From contig CANMIX010000013.1 of NCBI GenBank assembly GCA_947497985.1, forward strand, positions 23,641 to 87,640: a stretch of 64,000 bases of DNA. The letters run 5' to 3'. Under the pieces are notes generated by a model that did not search any database, was not told where the DNA came from, and saw only the letters and a program-made list of their open reading frames with translations. Below, in pieces: positions 25,512 to 35,294 of this stretch (within the stretch, counting starts at the first letter, position 1; each line of letters begins with the position of its first letter). Source of the DNA: an uncultured Rhodobacteraceae bacterium. Lineage in GTDB: Bacteria > Pseudomonadota > Alphaproteobacteria > Rhodobacterales > Rhodobacteraceae. The position numbers were made by a program, and so were the translations under genes.

Positions 25512-26505
25512 GGGCTGTTTCCTTTGAATGGGCCGGATCAACCGGCAGGTAAAATTCGGTGATGCCGCGCGCACCTTCATGGCGACCGGCCTGGATAATC
25601 ACATCGATCGAGCGGGAGATGTAGTCGTTCATGTCCTGGTATGTCATGGGCACATCGGTCTTCAGGGCGGCTATGGCCAGGCGCTGAACCGCCAGCTGCG
25701 GCGTTTCAGCATGGAGCGTGGTGAGTGAGCCACCATGGCCGGTGTTTATGGCCTCGAGGAAGGTCATGGCCTCTTTGCCGCGTACTTCGCCCAAGACGAT
25801 GCGGTCCGGCCGCACGCGCAGGGTGGAGGTCAGCAGGACATCAGCGCTGCGTGTGGCTTCGTCGCGATCAGACATCAGCGTGACGACATTGGGCTGCGTC
25901 GGACGCAGTTCAGCGGCCTCTTCGATCGTGACGATACGCTCGTCGGCGGGCACGAAGGAGAGGATTTTACGTGCCGTGACGGTCTTGCCGGTCGAGGTGC
26001 CACCGGAGACGATCATGTTGAGCTTGTGGGTGACGCAAAACTTGATCGCGGCGTCGATGTCGCCGGTGGCCACGACATCGCGCAGCTCGGCATTGCGCTC
26101 GCGTCTTGCACCCTCGTTGCTGCGCTCTTTTCCGAACAGGTAAGACAGCTTGATCTGTTCTAACGGAAGGTCAGCGAAGAACCGCAGAGAAACTGCGTAA
26201 CCGCCATCGACGGCCGGTGGTTGGATGACTTGCGCGCGGATCGGGCGGTCACGGTAGGTGATGCTGACCGACACGATCGGTTTCGTTCGGCTGAGCGTAG
26301 TGTTCGCGGCCGAAGCAATCTGGTTGCCCAGATCCTTGATCTCGTTCTGCGAAAGCCGTCGATTTACGGACCGCATGAAGTGATCACCCTGAAACTCCGC
26401 CCAAAGCGTACCGTCGGGATTGATGCAGAGCTCAATCAACTTTGGGTCACGTGCCTCGGGGATCTTGTCCATCGAGCTTTGCAAATAGCTGGCCGCCATG
26501 GTCAA
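25504..26505 (-). CDS. virB11: T4SS ATPase VirB11
   Basis: Walker A SGGTSTGKTVTARK. Walker B-like region and GHGG motif. 333 aa. Confidence 0.9.
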   Translation of the reverse strand: MTMAASYLQSSMDKIPEARDPKLIELCINPDGTLWAEFQGDHFMRSVNRRLSQNEIKDLGNQIASAANTTLSRTKPIVSVSITYRDRPIRAQVIQPPAVDGGYAVSLRFFADLPLEQIKLSYLFGKERSNEGARRERNAELRDVVATGDIDAAIKFCVTHKLNMIVSGGTSTGKTVTARKILSFVPADERIVTIEEAAELRPTQPNVVTLMSDRDEATRSADVLLTSTLRVRPDRIVLGEVRGKEAMTFLEAINTGHGGSLTTLHAETPQLAVQRLAIAALKTDVPMTYQDMNDYISRSIDVIIQAGRHEGARGITEFYLPVDPAHSKETAHV

Positions 26506-27815
26506 AAAATCTCCAGATCACGATCAACCATCACGGTGACACGGGCACCTTGATCGACATAGATCACGGGCGAGACGGAGAGGTATTCGCCGATCACGCT
26601 TTGCGCGCTGTCTTGCAGGTCTTCGCCAATGCCTTCCAGAACATCAGAGGTGATCTCATCTTCGGTGTTCTGGGCTGCCACGGCGGGCAAGGCTCCGATC
26701 AGCGATATCAGTGCGGCTGACCCGAACCGCGTGCCAAAGCGGCTGTCGACGAAACCGGTTGTGCCGGAGCGCCCCAACTCATCACCGCCAAAGGCGCTGA
26801 TTTCGACGGTCTGGTTGCTGGGCAGAATGATCCGGTCCCAGGCGATGGTCACGCGTTGTTGCGCGATGTCGAGGCCAGATTGATATCGCCCGATCAGACG
26901 CGCGCCGCGCGGGATCAGGATCTGCGAGCCGTCATAGGCATGAACATCTTCAGACACCATCGCGCGGACCTGACCGGCGAGCGAGCTGTCGATCGCTGTC
27001 TCCAACACCGCCTGGATCATCGTGCCCTGAACGACCGTGTTTGACGGGTTCACAATCACCTGGGCCTGCGTCACCTCGGCGGGTTCAGCGCCATTACGGA
27101 CAAAGTCTGTGTCGCCATCAAGTCGACGCTGCTCGGCGGCGGTTTCATTGTTGCCGTTTCCGGTGCCGCCAAAGGCGATGATCGGGCTGGCGATACGGGC
27201 TTGCAGTTCCTCAAGTTCGGCTTGCCGCCGCCGCTCGAGCTCCTGAAGGCGCAGTTCTTCGGCCGTGGGTCCGGTTGGTGCAGGCGAGCGCGGGGCTTCT
27301 AGGCGTGCAAGCTCCAGATCATTTTGCAGGCGCTGGATTTGCCGTGTGCGTTCTTCCAGCTCCTCGCGCAAGGCGGCTTGCGTTGCTGCTGCCTCGCTGC
27401 GCAGGGCATCGATTTCTGCGCCCAAGGTATCCAGCGCTTCTGTATCGACGGTCGGAGCCTCAGGTGCTGGCGCGTTGCGCAGTGCTTCAAGTTCGGCCCG
27501 CATAGCGTCCATTTGCGCGCGCAGCTCTTCTGTTTCTCTGTCTGCTTGCGGCTCCGGCGGCGGGGTTGTGTCTATCGGTGCAGGCGTGGGCTCGAGCGCA
27601 CCAAAGCCCGGTCCCGCCGCTTGGAATTCATCCGGTGATGCGGTTTCCAGGCTTTCGGGTTCAGAGCTGCCAGAGAACAGCAGCAAGAGACCACCAAGGG
27701 CTGCGATTGCCCCAATGCCCAGGGCGATGGTGACAAAAGATGGCCGCGCTTTTAGATTCTTTGGTTTTCCTTCAAGTGCTTCGAGGCGCTTCTTAAGCTC
27801 GGCTGTTTCACTCAT
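26502..27815 (-). CDS. virB10: T4SS VirB10/TrbI
   Basis: N-terminal TM, Pro-rich and coiled-coil linker, conserved C-terminal beta-barrel-type region. ATGA overlap with virB11. Confidence 0.85.
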   Translation of the reverse strand: MSETAELKKRLEALEGKPKNLKARPSFVTIALGIGAIAALGGLLLLFSGSSEPESLETASPDEFQAAGPGFGALEPTPAPIDTTPPPEPQADRETEELRAQMDAMRAELEALRNAPAPEAPTVDTEALDTLGAEIDALRSEAAATQAALREELEERTRQIQRLQNDLELARLEAPRSPAPTGPTAEELRLQELERRRQAELEELQARIASPIIAFGGTGNGNNETAAEQRRLDGDTDFVRNGAEPAEVTQAQVIVNPSNTVVQGTMIQAVLETAIDSSLAGQVRAMVSEDVHAYDGSQILIPRGARLIGRYQSGLDIAQQRVTIAWDRIILPSNQTVEISAFGGDELGRSGTTGFVDSRFGTRFGSAALISLIGALPAVAAQNTEDEITSDVLEGIGEDLQDSAQSVIGEYLSVSPVIYVDQGARVTVMVDRDLEIF

Positions 27816-28503
27816 CCTGATGTGCCTCGCTCATCTCTTGGACGCAGATCTCGTCATCACCAAGCCTGAGAACCCATCTATCGCTGACGCCTGAAACGCG
27901 GATCACACCGTCTGGCCGCGCGAGCGCATTCACGCTGCGCTCATTGCCACCGGACCAGCGAAAGATCGCAGGTAGCGGCGCGTTCGCGGCAAAGCGGAAA
28001 TAGGTGAAGGTCCCGTCGTCCCAGATTTCGCGCGGGGTGATCTCGGATCGCGCGCTGACGCCATAGGCATGGTTTGCTGGTTGGTTCGTTGCCACACGGG
28101 ATTGCCTAGGGGCTGCCTCGGGATAGGTGAAACGAATAACGTAAAAGGTCGGCGAGCTCGCCTCGGTCACATTGAAATAGTAACTGCGCCGGTTGGTATA
28201 GACGGTGATGTTGGTATGCGCGCCGCGCGAGACTGGCTTGATCGCAAAGGCCTGGCCTCCGGGCACGCCGTCCAAAAGGAAGCCCTCGGTATCGCCCGCA
28301 ATGATCGAGCGGATGGTCTCGCCCTGACCAAACTCGATGCTGGTCACGTGGGTCAGGCTTGTGCGGATGCGATAGACCTGCCCATCCTGATAGGTGGCCT
28401 GCCTGACACGTGCATCATAGGGGCCTTGTCGCGGCTGAGTCTCCGCATAGGCGGTGCCAGTAATGGGAACAATGAGGGCGAGGATCAAGAACAGGCGACG
28501 CAT
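27808..28503 (-). CDS. virB9: T4SS VirB9
   Basis: Signal peptide MRRLFLILALIVPITGTAYA. 231 aa. Position between virB8 and virB10. Confidence 0.8.
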   Translation of the reverse strand: MRRLFLILALIVPITGTAYAETQPRQGPYDARVRQATYQDGQVYRIRTSLTHVTSIEFGQGETIRSIIAGDTEGFLLDGVPGGQAFAIKPVSRGAHTNITVYTNRRSYYFNVTEASSPTFYVIRFTYPEAAPRQSRVATNQPANHAYGVSARSEITPREIWDDGTFTYFRFAANAPLPAIFRWSGGNERSVNALARPDGVIRVSGVSDRWVLRLGDDEICVQEMSEAHQDE

Positions 28504-28506
28504 GGT

Positions 28507-29157
28507 TTACTCCAGACGATCCGAGCGGATCGCGTATTCTGTGACGGTGAAGCCAAATGGGTTCTGCCAGACATCGTCGATTGACCGGCTATTCTCGGGC
28601 CGAAATTCAAACATCAGGGTTGCGGTGAAGAGCCCGTTTTGACTGCCGCGCGGTGAGTTGAGCCGCTTGCGAAGGCGCACTTGGGCACGATTGGTGCTGA
28701 TATGGGTGATCGACAGAATCTCGACCTCAAGCCGGGCATCTGTGCCATAGCTATCGGGCGGATAGGCCTCATGGCCGCTGGTCCAAAGTGCGCGCAACCC
28801 TGCGGCTGCCGCGCCGTCCGACTGGTCCAGGACCCGCCGCACACGCACGTCATTGTCGAGCTGATTGTACGTCTCTCGATCGATGACATAGCGGTAGACC
28901 TGAGCCTCGATGATAGCGGGGCGTTCCGTGAGTGAGACCGCTTCAACCATGGCATTGGGGAGGGCCATGCCGGTTTCGCTATCAAAGGGCACGATCATAG
29001 GCGACGGGTCCACGTCGAACAGGGCAACGAGGGCGGCGGCGAGGCAACCTGCCATGCCAAACGCCATGCCTGTCAGCCCCAGTTTCTGCCACATGAGCTC
29101 GCGTCGTCGTGCGCCATAGACGAGCTCCTCTTCGATGATTTCTGCCTCGCTGTTCAT
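28507..29157 (-). CDS. virB8: T4SS VirB8
   Basis: Internal ATG at 29157 (MNSEAEIIEEE...). Single TM (LGLTGMAFGMAGCLAAALVALF) followed by an NTF2-like-size periplasmic domain. The longer ORF start overlaps the upstream gene. Confidence 0.75.
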   Translation of the reverse strand: MNSEAEIIEEELVYGARRRELMWQKLGLTGMAFGMAGCLAAALVALFDVDPSPMIVPFDSETGMALPNAMVEAVSLTERPAIIEAQVYRYVIDRETYNQLDNDVRVRRVLDQSDGAAAAGLRALWTSGHEAYPPDSYGTDARLEVEILSITHISTNRAQVRLRKRLNSPRGSQNGLFTATLMFEFRPENSRSIDDVWQNPFGFTVTEYAIRSDRLE

Positions 29158-29161
29158 GGGA

Positions 29162-29941
29162 TCAGTCCGCGCGCAAGTCTGGCAGGGTGAAGTCCATATA
29201 TCGGCGCTCTTCGGCCAGGGTGGCTGCATCGACCACACCGGATTGGCCCGCGCCGACGGTCTGGATGGCTTCAAGCTCCCACATGCGCGTCATGGCAATG
29301 GCCAGCTCGGCTGTGACGCGAGTGTTGTGATCGACGGCTTCCTTGAGCGTTTCCATGTCCGGGATCAGTGAAACCAGTTGTTCGACCCGCTCGAGGGATT
29401 GCGCGGCCTCGTCATAACTGTTCTCAGCGGCCGCCGACATCACCGCCCCGGTGCCCGCCTGACTGGCAATGCGTTCCGCGCCCGGATTGCCGCTGCTGGC
29501 CATGTCGGACAGGCTGTCTTGGTCAAATCCTGCGTCCTCGAGGGCTTGCGTCATGCGGCCTTCCATTTGAGGGGCCGCGTTGCCGATCAGGCCGCTGAAA
29601 TCGCCGCTTTGGATTTGCCGTATGGTGCCAAGAAGATCGCCGAATTCCTGATCAAGAAGCCCGTCGAGATCACCACCCATGGCCATCTCGATGATGTCTG
29701 TCGCACCGGTCAGGGCTGCGTAGGTCTCGTTAAGCGTGTCGAGTTGCTGCTGCACTAGGTCGAGCTGTTCTAGAAGCGTGTCGAGCTGGTCGGTCTGGAT
29801 CCCGAAATCCTCCAACATTTGCTGCAGCTGGCGAATTTCCTGGGCGATGTTGCGTGTGTCGATAGTCGGAACACCTTGGGCAGATGCGGGAGACGCAACC
29901 AACAATGCGCAGGTGGCTGCGGTTGAAAGAAAACGGATCAT
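29162..29941 (-). CDS. VirB5/TrbJ-like T4SS protein
   Basis: Signal peptide, then AQGVPTIDTRNIAQEIRQLQQ and a helical body. ATGA overlap with the upstream gene. Confidence 0.6.
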   Translation of the reverse strand: MIRFLSTAATCALLVASPASAQGVPTIDTRNIAQEIRQLQQMLEDFGIQTDQLDTLLEQLDLVQQQLDTLNETYAALTGATDIIEMAMGGDLDGLLDQEFGDLLGTIRQIQSGDFSGLIGNAAPQMEGRMTQALEDAGFDQDSLSDMASSGNPGAERIASQAGTGAVMSAAAENSYDEAAQSLERVEQLVSLIPDMETLKEAVDHNTRVTAELAIAMTRMWELEAIQTVGAGQSGVVDAATLAEERRYMDFTLPDLRAD

Positions 29942-31086
29942 CGGAGTACCTCCAGATCGAATTGCATGAAGTCTTGTTCGCGTGCCTGTGCGGCCGCCAT
30001 GGCCAGTTCTGCGGCGCTGAGCGGGCGAGTATGGGCGGCCTTGAGGCGCGTGCGGATCGCGAACAGGCGAGCGAGTTCGGCCCGCGCGTAGGTGTTGAGC
30101 GACATGGCCGCGTGAATGTCGTCGGTTTCGCCAATGCGGGTGATGATGTCCTGCACGCGCAGGGCGGCCGCTTGCACCGAGAGCAGTGAGTAGTCGCCAT
30201 AGACGCCTGCGCCGAAGGAGGTCAGGCTCATGGTGGAGTTGGCGAGCAGAACAGGATCAATGGTGCCGAGCGCGTCAACGCCGCCCACGCGGGCAAGGTA
30301 GAGATTGTAGCGCTCGGGGATCACCTGAACGTAGTGCTGGGTCTCAGCGAAAGGGGGCACGCCGCCGTAGCGTTGCACATTGCCGGGACCTGCATTGTAG
30401 GCGGCGAGTCCATGAATGATGTTGCCGTCAAACATAGCCAACATCTGCGCCAGATAGCGCGCGCCGCCCGTGACCTGGATGTAGGGGTTTTCATAGTAGG
30501 CCGGATAAATCCCGAGATCCTGTGCGGTGCCGGGCATAATCTGGGTCAGGCCGAACGCGCCGACAGGGGAACGCGCACCGATGGTGAAGCGGCTTTCTTG
30601 CCAGATCAGCGCCTGCAATAGGCAGCGCCATTGCTTGGGCGACAGGCCCGCTGCGCGCACACCGGACATATGGTGCGTTTCTTGCGCGGCACGAATGATC
30701 AGCTCTTCAATCGATCCCGAGGCATCGCCGAACATCTGGGCTGCGCCTGGGTTCGGGTCGACCGAACCATAGAGCGTGTCTGCGGCGCTCTCAGGCGATG
30801 CACCAGCTTCCAAGCTCGCGACCAGTGCGCCTGAATTTCCGCTGGCAAGCGTCGCGGCATCGAGGATGTCTTCCAGCGCTTGAAGTTGTTCTTGTTCCAG
30901 CTCCTCAAGCTCTTCTTCTTTGGTCAGCCGCTCCCGCTGCAGTGCTAGATCTTGTTCGCCCTGCTGCAGCACGCGCTCGCGCTGCAAGAACATGCCCGCA
31001 TCGAAGGTCGGCACGCCTTGGGCAAAGGCCATTGGTGCTGCGAGCGACACCAGGCCTGCAAAGATATGCGGGCGGAGGCTATTCAT
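29938..31086 (-). CDS. VirB5/TrbJ-like N-terminal region fused to a lytic transglycosylase (SLT) domain
   Basis: ATG 31086 (MNSLRPHIF...) is preferred. AQGVPTFDAG near the N-terminus. SLT motifs LIWQESRF, AFGLTQIMPGTA, AAYNAGPGNV. Confidence 0.75.
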   Translation of the reverse strand: MNSLRPHIFAGLVSLAAPMAFAQGVPTFDAGMFLQRERVLQQGEQDLALQRERLTKEEELEELEQEQLQALEDILDAATLASGNSGALVASLEAGASPESAADTLYGSVDPNPGAAQMFGDASGSIEELIIRAAQETHHMSGVRAAGLSPKQWRCLLQALIWQESRFTIGARSPVGAFGLTQIMPGTAQDLGIYPAYYENPYIQVTGGARYLAQMLAMFDGNIIHGLAAYNAGPGNVQRYGGVPPFAETQHYVQVIPERYNLYLARVGGVDALGTIDPVLLANSTMSLTSFGAGVYGDYSLLSVQAAALRVQDIITRIGETDDIHAAMSLNTYARAELARLFAIRTRLKAAHTRPLSAAELAMAAAQAREQDFMQFDLEVLR

Positions 31087-31237
31087 TCGGTGCACCAATT
31101 GGCCCGAGCAGTTCGAAATTGCAGTTGCTGCGGCTGACCTCAGCAAAGGAGGTGAAGCATTCCGCTTCGGACGGCCGGTATTCCGCGCAGGCTGTCAGGG
31201 TCAAAAGGGTAAGGGTCAGCACGCAAAGTCTACGCAT
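31079..31237 (-). CDS. small lipoprotein, VirB7-like by position
   Basis: Internal ATG 31237 gives MRRLCVLTLTLLTLTAC (lipobox LTAC). It has 8-nt overlaps with virB4 upstream and the SLT gene downstream. Confidence 0.55.
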   Translation of the reverse strand: MRRLCVLTLTLLTLTACAEYRPSEAECFTSFAEVSRSNCNFELLGPIGAPNE

Positions 31238-33596
31238 CAATCTGTCTCCAAAAATCGGGGTTCTGACGGTAATCCGCGCCAACCAGCGCCTCACCTTTTT
31301 CCATGCCGCCAAGGATCGTAAGGTAGGGACCAAGGGCGCTGAGATCAGCGTCGATCACCACCGAGCCTTGATCATCACGCACCAGCGCCAGACGGGAATT
31401 GCTGCCTGTGCTGAGCAGAACGCTGAGCTCTTTTTCAGTGAGGCCCAGCATAGTGTAATCGGACGCCGAAGCGCGGATGTTTGGAAGCAGAAGCTGTGTC
31501 GGTACGGCTTCGACAATCGTTTTGCCGGTGCGGGTCTTCTCAAGCTGGCTTGCGTATTGGGTCATCATCACAACGACGGCGTTCTGTTTGCGCGCCGTGA
31601 CCAGCCAGTTGCTCAGCCGGTCTGCGAAATACGGATTGTCGAGTGCTTTCCAGGCTTCGTCGATGATGATCAACGTCGGCTTGCGGTCCTCGATGACGCG
31701 CTCCACGCGGCGGAACAGGTAGGACAGGACCGCCATGCGTTCCTTCTCGCTTTCGCTGTCGAGAATGCCGGTCAGGTCGAACCCCACGACATCGCCATCG
31801 AGCGAGAAAGTATCCGCAGAACTTTGCCCGAAGATCCAGCCGTAGCGGCCCTCAGCGGTCCATTCCTGTATCCGTTCGAACAGATCCCCCTCATCCGCCC
31901 CGGCCACAAAGAGCGAGGCCAGATCTTGCCAATTGCGAAGGGCGGCATCGCTCGCCCCGGCGTTTTGGCGCACCACTTCTTGGATGCGGTTGATCTGAAC
32001 CGGGCTCAGGGGCTTGTCGGCACGATGCAGCAGCGTGGCCAACCAATCGGAGAGCCAGGCTTGCCCGCGCCCGTCGATTTCCGTGCGGAGCGGGTTGAGG
32101 CCGGTTGCTTCACCCGCCTTGATGGCGCTGTAGCGCCCGCCATTGGCGCGCACCGCCATTTCCATGCCTGCGCGATAGTCGAAGACAAAGACGCGCGCGT
32201 CGCAGCGACGGGCTTGGGTCATGAGGAAAGCTGACAAGGCCGATTTTCCCGAGCCAGGGCGGCCTAGGATCAAGGTGTGCCCGCCTGTCGGCTCTTTGTC
32301 TGGCTGACCCGTCTCATGGTAGTTGAACAGAAAGCCCGAGCGTTCAGGCGTCGGGAAGAGAGTGATCGGCTTGCCCCAAGGCACTTTGTGCCCGGGTTTC
32401 CCCAGTTGACCACGATGCAGCGCCGCGAGATCAGCAAAGTTGGTGTTGGTGATGGCGGCCTTGCGGCTGCGCATTTGCCCATTGCCCGGATGTTGCGCGA
32501 AATAGTGGGTGCGCGCCGCAAAGCTCTCGTTCACTAGGTTTACGCCTTCACTGGCTGCGATGTTGCGTACCTCGGCGGCGATTGCTTCCAGCTTTTCCTC
32601 GGTCTCGGCGAAAACCGTGACCGTCATGTGATGGTCGCCGAAACTGAGCCGCTTGGATTCCAGATCATCGAGCGCGTCGACCAGTTCTTCGGCGAGCGAA
32701 ATCGCGCCATCATCGCTGGCCTTCATCAGGCGCTGTTGACGCTTAATCCGGCTGGCCATGAAATTGCTGTTGATCGGCGTGAAGGAATGCGTGACCACCA
32801 TGTCGACGGGCAGGTTCAGCTCATCAAACATGGTGCAGTTGGTTTTGGCTGGGTAGGTCTTGATCGCAAAGCTCGTACCAAACCGCTTGCCCGCCGTCCC
32901 GTCGTCGAGCGTAAAGCCTCGCCCCTGAAACGTGACGCGCGTGTTGGCCACATCCTCGGCAATGATGCCAAAGCGGGATTTTGCGAAAAGCGGCCGTTCC
33001 TGACCAATATTGAGCGCCCCGAGGAACCCGAGCAGTTCGCCGCTCTCAGCCCCAAGCAGGCGCGGGTTCATCTCGGCAAAAGATGACAGCAGAAATCCGA
33101 CGACCTCTTCGAGCTTGCGCAGCTGCTTTGCCGTCTGTTCCTTCAGCTGTGCGATTGAATCTGCACGTTTTAAGCGCAGCTGCGCGCCCAAGGGTGGACG
33201 CTTCAGCACCGTGAGCGTGAGTGTTTTGTCTCGAAGGCCCGCCCGCGTCATGGCCGCTTGCCATCGGGCATCCAATGCTTGCGCAAACCCTTCTTCAGGC
33301 ACAGGTGGCAAGGCGGTCTCGATCGCTTTTGAGACCTTGTGGACGTAGAAACTGTACTCTGGCCCGATCTGCGCGATGATCGCCGCGAAAAGCGCGCGGA
33401 TCTTCTCCAAATGCGCGTCATCGCTGGTCATGCTGTTGACGCCATCAAGGCGGATGCACTGGAACAGGGCATTGCCGCGCGTGCGGATCGTCACGTCATT
33501 CACGAGGCTGACATAGGGCAGCATGCTGGCCATAGGGCGCTCTTTGCGCGCCCAGTCCGGTAGCGTCGCAAGATCATCCGAGGGGTTATGGAGCAT
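31230..33596 (-). CDS. virB4: T4SS ATPase VirB4
   Basis: 788 aa. Walker A LILGRPGSGKSA. Walker B LIIIDEAWKAL. Confidence 0.92.
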   Translation of the reverse strand: MLHNPSDDLATLPDWARKERPMASMLPYVSLVNDVTIRTRGNALFQCIRLDGVNSMTSDDAHLEKIRALFAAIIAQIGPEYSFYVHKVSKAIETALPPVPEEGFAQALDARWQAAMTRAGLRDKTLTLTVLKRPPLGAQLRLKRADSIAQLKEQTAKQLRKLEEVVGFLLSSFAEMNPRLLGAESGELLGFLGALNIGQERPLFAKSRFGIIAEDVANTRVTFQGRGFTLDDGTAGKRFGTSFAIKTYPAKTNCTMFDELNLPVDMVVTHSFTPINSNFMASRIKRQQRLMKASDDGAISLAEELVDALDDLESKRLSFGDHHMTVTVFAETEEKLEAIAAEVRNIAASEGVNLVNESFAARTHYFAQHPGNGQMRSRKAAITNTNFADLAALHRGQLGKPGHKVPWGKPITLFPTPERSGFLFNYHETGQPDKEPTGGHTLILGRPGSGKSALSAFLMTQARRCDARVFVFDYRAGMEMAVRANGGRYSAIKAGEATGLNPLRTEIDGRGQAWLSDWLATLLHRADKPLSPVQINRIQEVVRQNAGASDAALRNWQDLASLFVAGADEGDLFERIQEWTAEGRYGWIFGQSSADTFSLDGDVVGFDLTGILDSESEKERMAVLSYLFRRVERVIEDRKPTLIIIDEAWKALDNPYFADRLSNWLVTARKQNAVVVMMTQYASQLEKTRTGKTIVEAVPTQLLLPNIRASASDYTMLGLTEKELSVLLSTGSNSRLALVRDDQGSVVIDADLSALGPYLTILGGMEKGEALVGADYRQNPDFWRQIDA

Positions 33597-33864
33597 AGCT
33601 GTCCCCCGAATGGATCTTGCGGTTCGGGGTGGGCGGCGTTTCCTGCAGGGTGGTGACCATCACCTCAAGAAAGGCAGGATCCCAATCCGCCGCTTTCCAC
33701 AGTGCGGGATAGGCCAGAGCGGCGATAATGATTACCGGCCAGCTCTGGACCCACAGAAACAGCAACACAAACCCGAAGAGCCAAACCATGGCATACATGA
33801 TCGGCAAGCCGATGAGCTTTGGCGGCCGGATCAGACCGAGGAAGAGGCGAGTTTGCGTTGCCAT
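33586..33864 (-). CDS. virB3: T4SS VirB3
   Basis: 92 aa with two TM helices, immediately upstream of and overlapping virB4. Confidence 0.75.
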   Translation of the reverse strand: MATQTRLFLGLIRPPKLIGLPIMYAMVWLFGFVLLFLWVQSWPVIIIAALAYPALWKAADWDPAFLEVMVTTLQETPPTPNRKIHSGDSYAP

Positions 33865-33871
33865 GCCGGAT

Positions 33872-34162
33872 TTACGCGCCCCAGATCGCGGTCACAATGG
33901 TCGGCGCAGCTGCAATGCCTGCAATCGCAACCAGCACCCAAAGGGCTTGGCGGAAGTCGAGGATGCCAAAGAGCCAGGAGAGGAACACACCGATCAAAGC
34001 CAAGGTGCCGATGACAATGCCCAAGGGGCCGGTGATCGTGTCGACGATCCCCTGCAAAAGGTTTTGCACCGGAGAGAGATCGATGCTCTGCGCAAAGGCC
34101 GGGTTGGCAATCATCAAGCTGGCCAGCGCCAGCGACAGGATCGTGCGGAATTGTGTGTGCAT
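33872..34162 (-). CDS. virB2: T4SS pilin VirB2/TrbC family
   Basis: 96 aa. Long signal peptide ending AFA-Q, then two hydrophobic helices. Confidence 0.75.
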   Translation of the reverse strand: MHTQFRTILSLALASLMIANPAFAQSIDLSPVQNLLQGIVDTITGPLGIVIGTLALIGVFLSWLFGILDFRQALWVLVAIAGIAAAPTIVTAIWGA

Positions 34163-34848
34163 CAGGAGGCTCCAGTCAGTCGGTCACGCACGGCCATGAC
34201 GCGGCGCACGTGATTTTGGGTTTCTTGGTAGGGAGGGATGCCGCCATAGCGCGCGACCGCGTCAGGCCCCGCGTTGTAGGCGGCAAGCGCGAGTTCGGGC
34301 GTGCCGAACTGTGCCAGCATCATCAGGAGATAACGAGCAGAGCCGTCGAGATTGGCTTGCCAGTCATGCGGATCTACGCCGAGCTGCGCGGCTGTTGCGG
34401 GCATCAACTGTCCAAGGCCAATCGCGCCTGCGGAGCTGCGCGCAGTCGGGCGATAGGCGCTTTCAATCTCAATATTGGCTTGGAAGAGGGCCTGCCATTC
34501 GGAAACAGACAGACCGGCGCGCCGAAGCGCAGGGTGCCCGCCATATCGATGCGCGGTACTTTCAATGGCTGCAAGGATTTCGGGGCGGGGGATCGCGTGG
34601 GTTGGTGCAGGAGGCGATTCCTCAGGTTCAGGTTCTGCGAAAACGATCAGCTCTGGAGGGTTTGCGCCAATCCCGTCGACATAACTTTGCGCAAAACCTG
34701 ATTGGGGTGCTTTGGTCTCCAGCTGGCCATCGGCCCGCATGGAAAGCACGAAGCCTTCAGAATAGGCGGGGGCAGCAAAGAATGCTGCAAGTACGGCAAG
34801 TCGTTTAGCCTTCGTCGTATAGGTTGTGCGAGGCGACTTTGCCCTCAA
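34162..34848 (-). CDS. virB1: VirB1-like lytic transglycosylase
   Basis: SLT motifs EIESAY, AIGLGQLMPATA, AAYNAGPDAV. In-frame TTG at 34848 gives a good signal peptide (RAKSPRTTYTTKAKRLAVLAAFFAAPAYS-EG). The ATG at 34740 would delete it. The start is uncertain. Confidence 0.7.
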   Translation of the reverse strand: MRAKSPRTTYTTKAKRLAVLAAFFAAPAYSEGFVLSMRADGQLETKAPQSGFAQSYVDGIGANPPELIVFAEPEPEESPPAPTHAIPRPEILAAIESTAHRYGGHPALRRAGLSVSEWQALFQANIEIESAYRPTARSSAGAIGLGQLMPATAAQLGVDPHDWQANLDGSARYLLMMLAQFGTPELALAAYNAGPDAVARYGGIPPYQETQNHVRRVMAVRDRLTGAS

Positions 34849-35158
34849 ACATTGGAATAGAAATGATCGAAGCGCCGAGCCCGGCAAGGAAGCTGGATAG
34901 GCCGTTGATTGTCTTGAATTCTCGCGCAGCCATGTTGTTGCGCGCGGTGACGAGCAAGCGGCGCGTCTCGCCGTCTGGCGAGACGCAATGCACGGTCCAA
35001 ACTCCGGACCACTGAGCACCTGTACGTTTGGGCGTAACTCGGCACACGACATCCGCCGAATGACCCTCGGCAAGCAGCGTGCGCAGCCCATCTTCACTGA
35101 CAACATTAGGGGCGTCTTGCATCAAATTCATAGGATCGAGCCTTGCAGAATTGTGCAT
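34805..35158 (-). CDS. hypothetical protein, first gene of the virB operon
   Basis: 117-aa ORF with backbone codon usage. No recognised motif. Confidence 0.5.
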   Translation of the reverse strand: MHNSARLDPMNLMQDAPNVVSEDGLRTLLAEGHSADVVCRVTPKRTGAQWSGVWTVHCVSPDGETRRLLVTARNNMAAREFKTINGLSSFLAGLGASIISIPMFEGKVASHNLYDEG

Positions 35159-35190
35159 TGGCCCGGCAGTCCCTCATGGACTACCCAACC

Positions 35191-35216
35191 GATACAATAT
35201 TATAATCTTGCAATCA
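35191..35216. promoter_or_regulatory. operator-like site upstream of the virB operon, near-copy of the oriT palindrome
   Basis: GATACAATATTATAATCTTG (35191-35210) matches GATGCAATATTATAATATTG (14546-14565) at 18 of 20 positions. Both are followed by AATCA. Confidence 0.55.
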
Positions 35217-35294
35217 GTAGATGCAATATGAGTTAGGGCACCTTTCATGCGTTGAAACAAATTTACTGCAACGGAGTGGCTGAGCCAAGATAAT

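Noticed and set aside
30798-32234. 478-aa plus-strand ORF
   Set aside because: Antisense to virB4 and the SLT gene, both with clear motifs.
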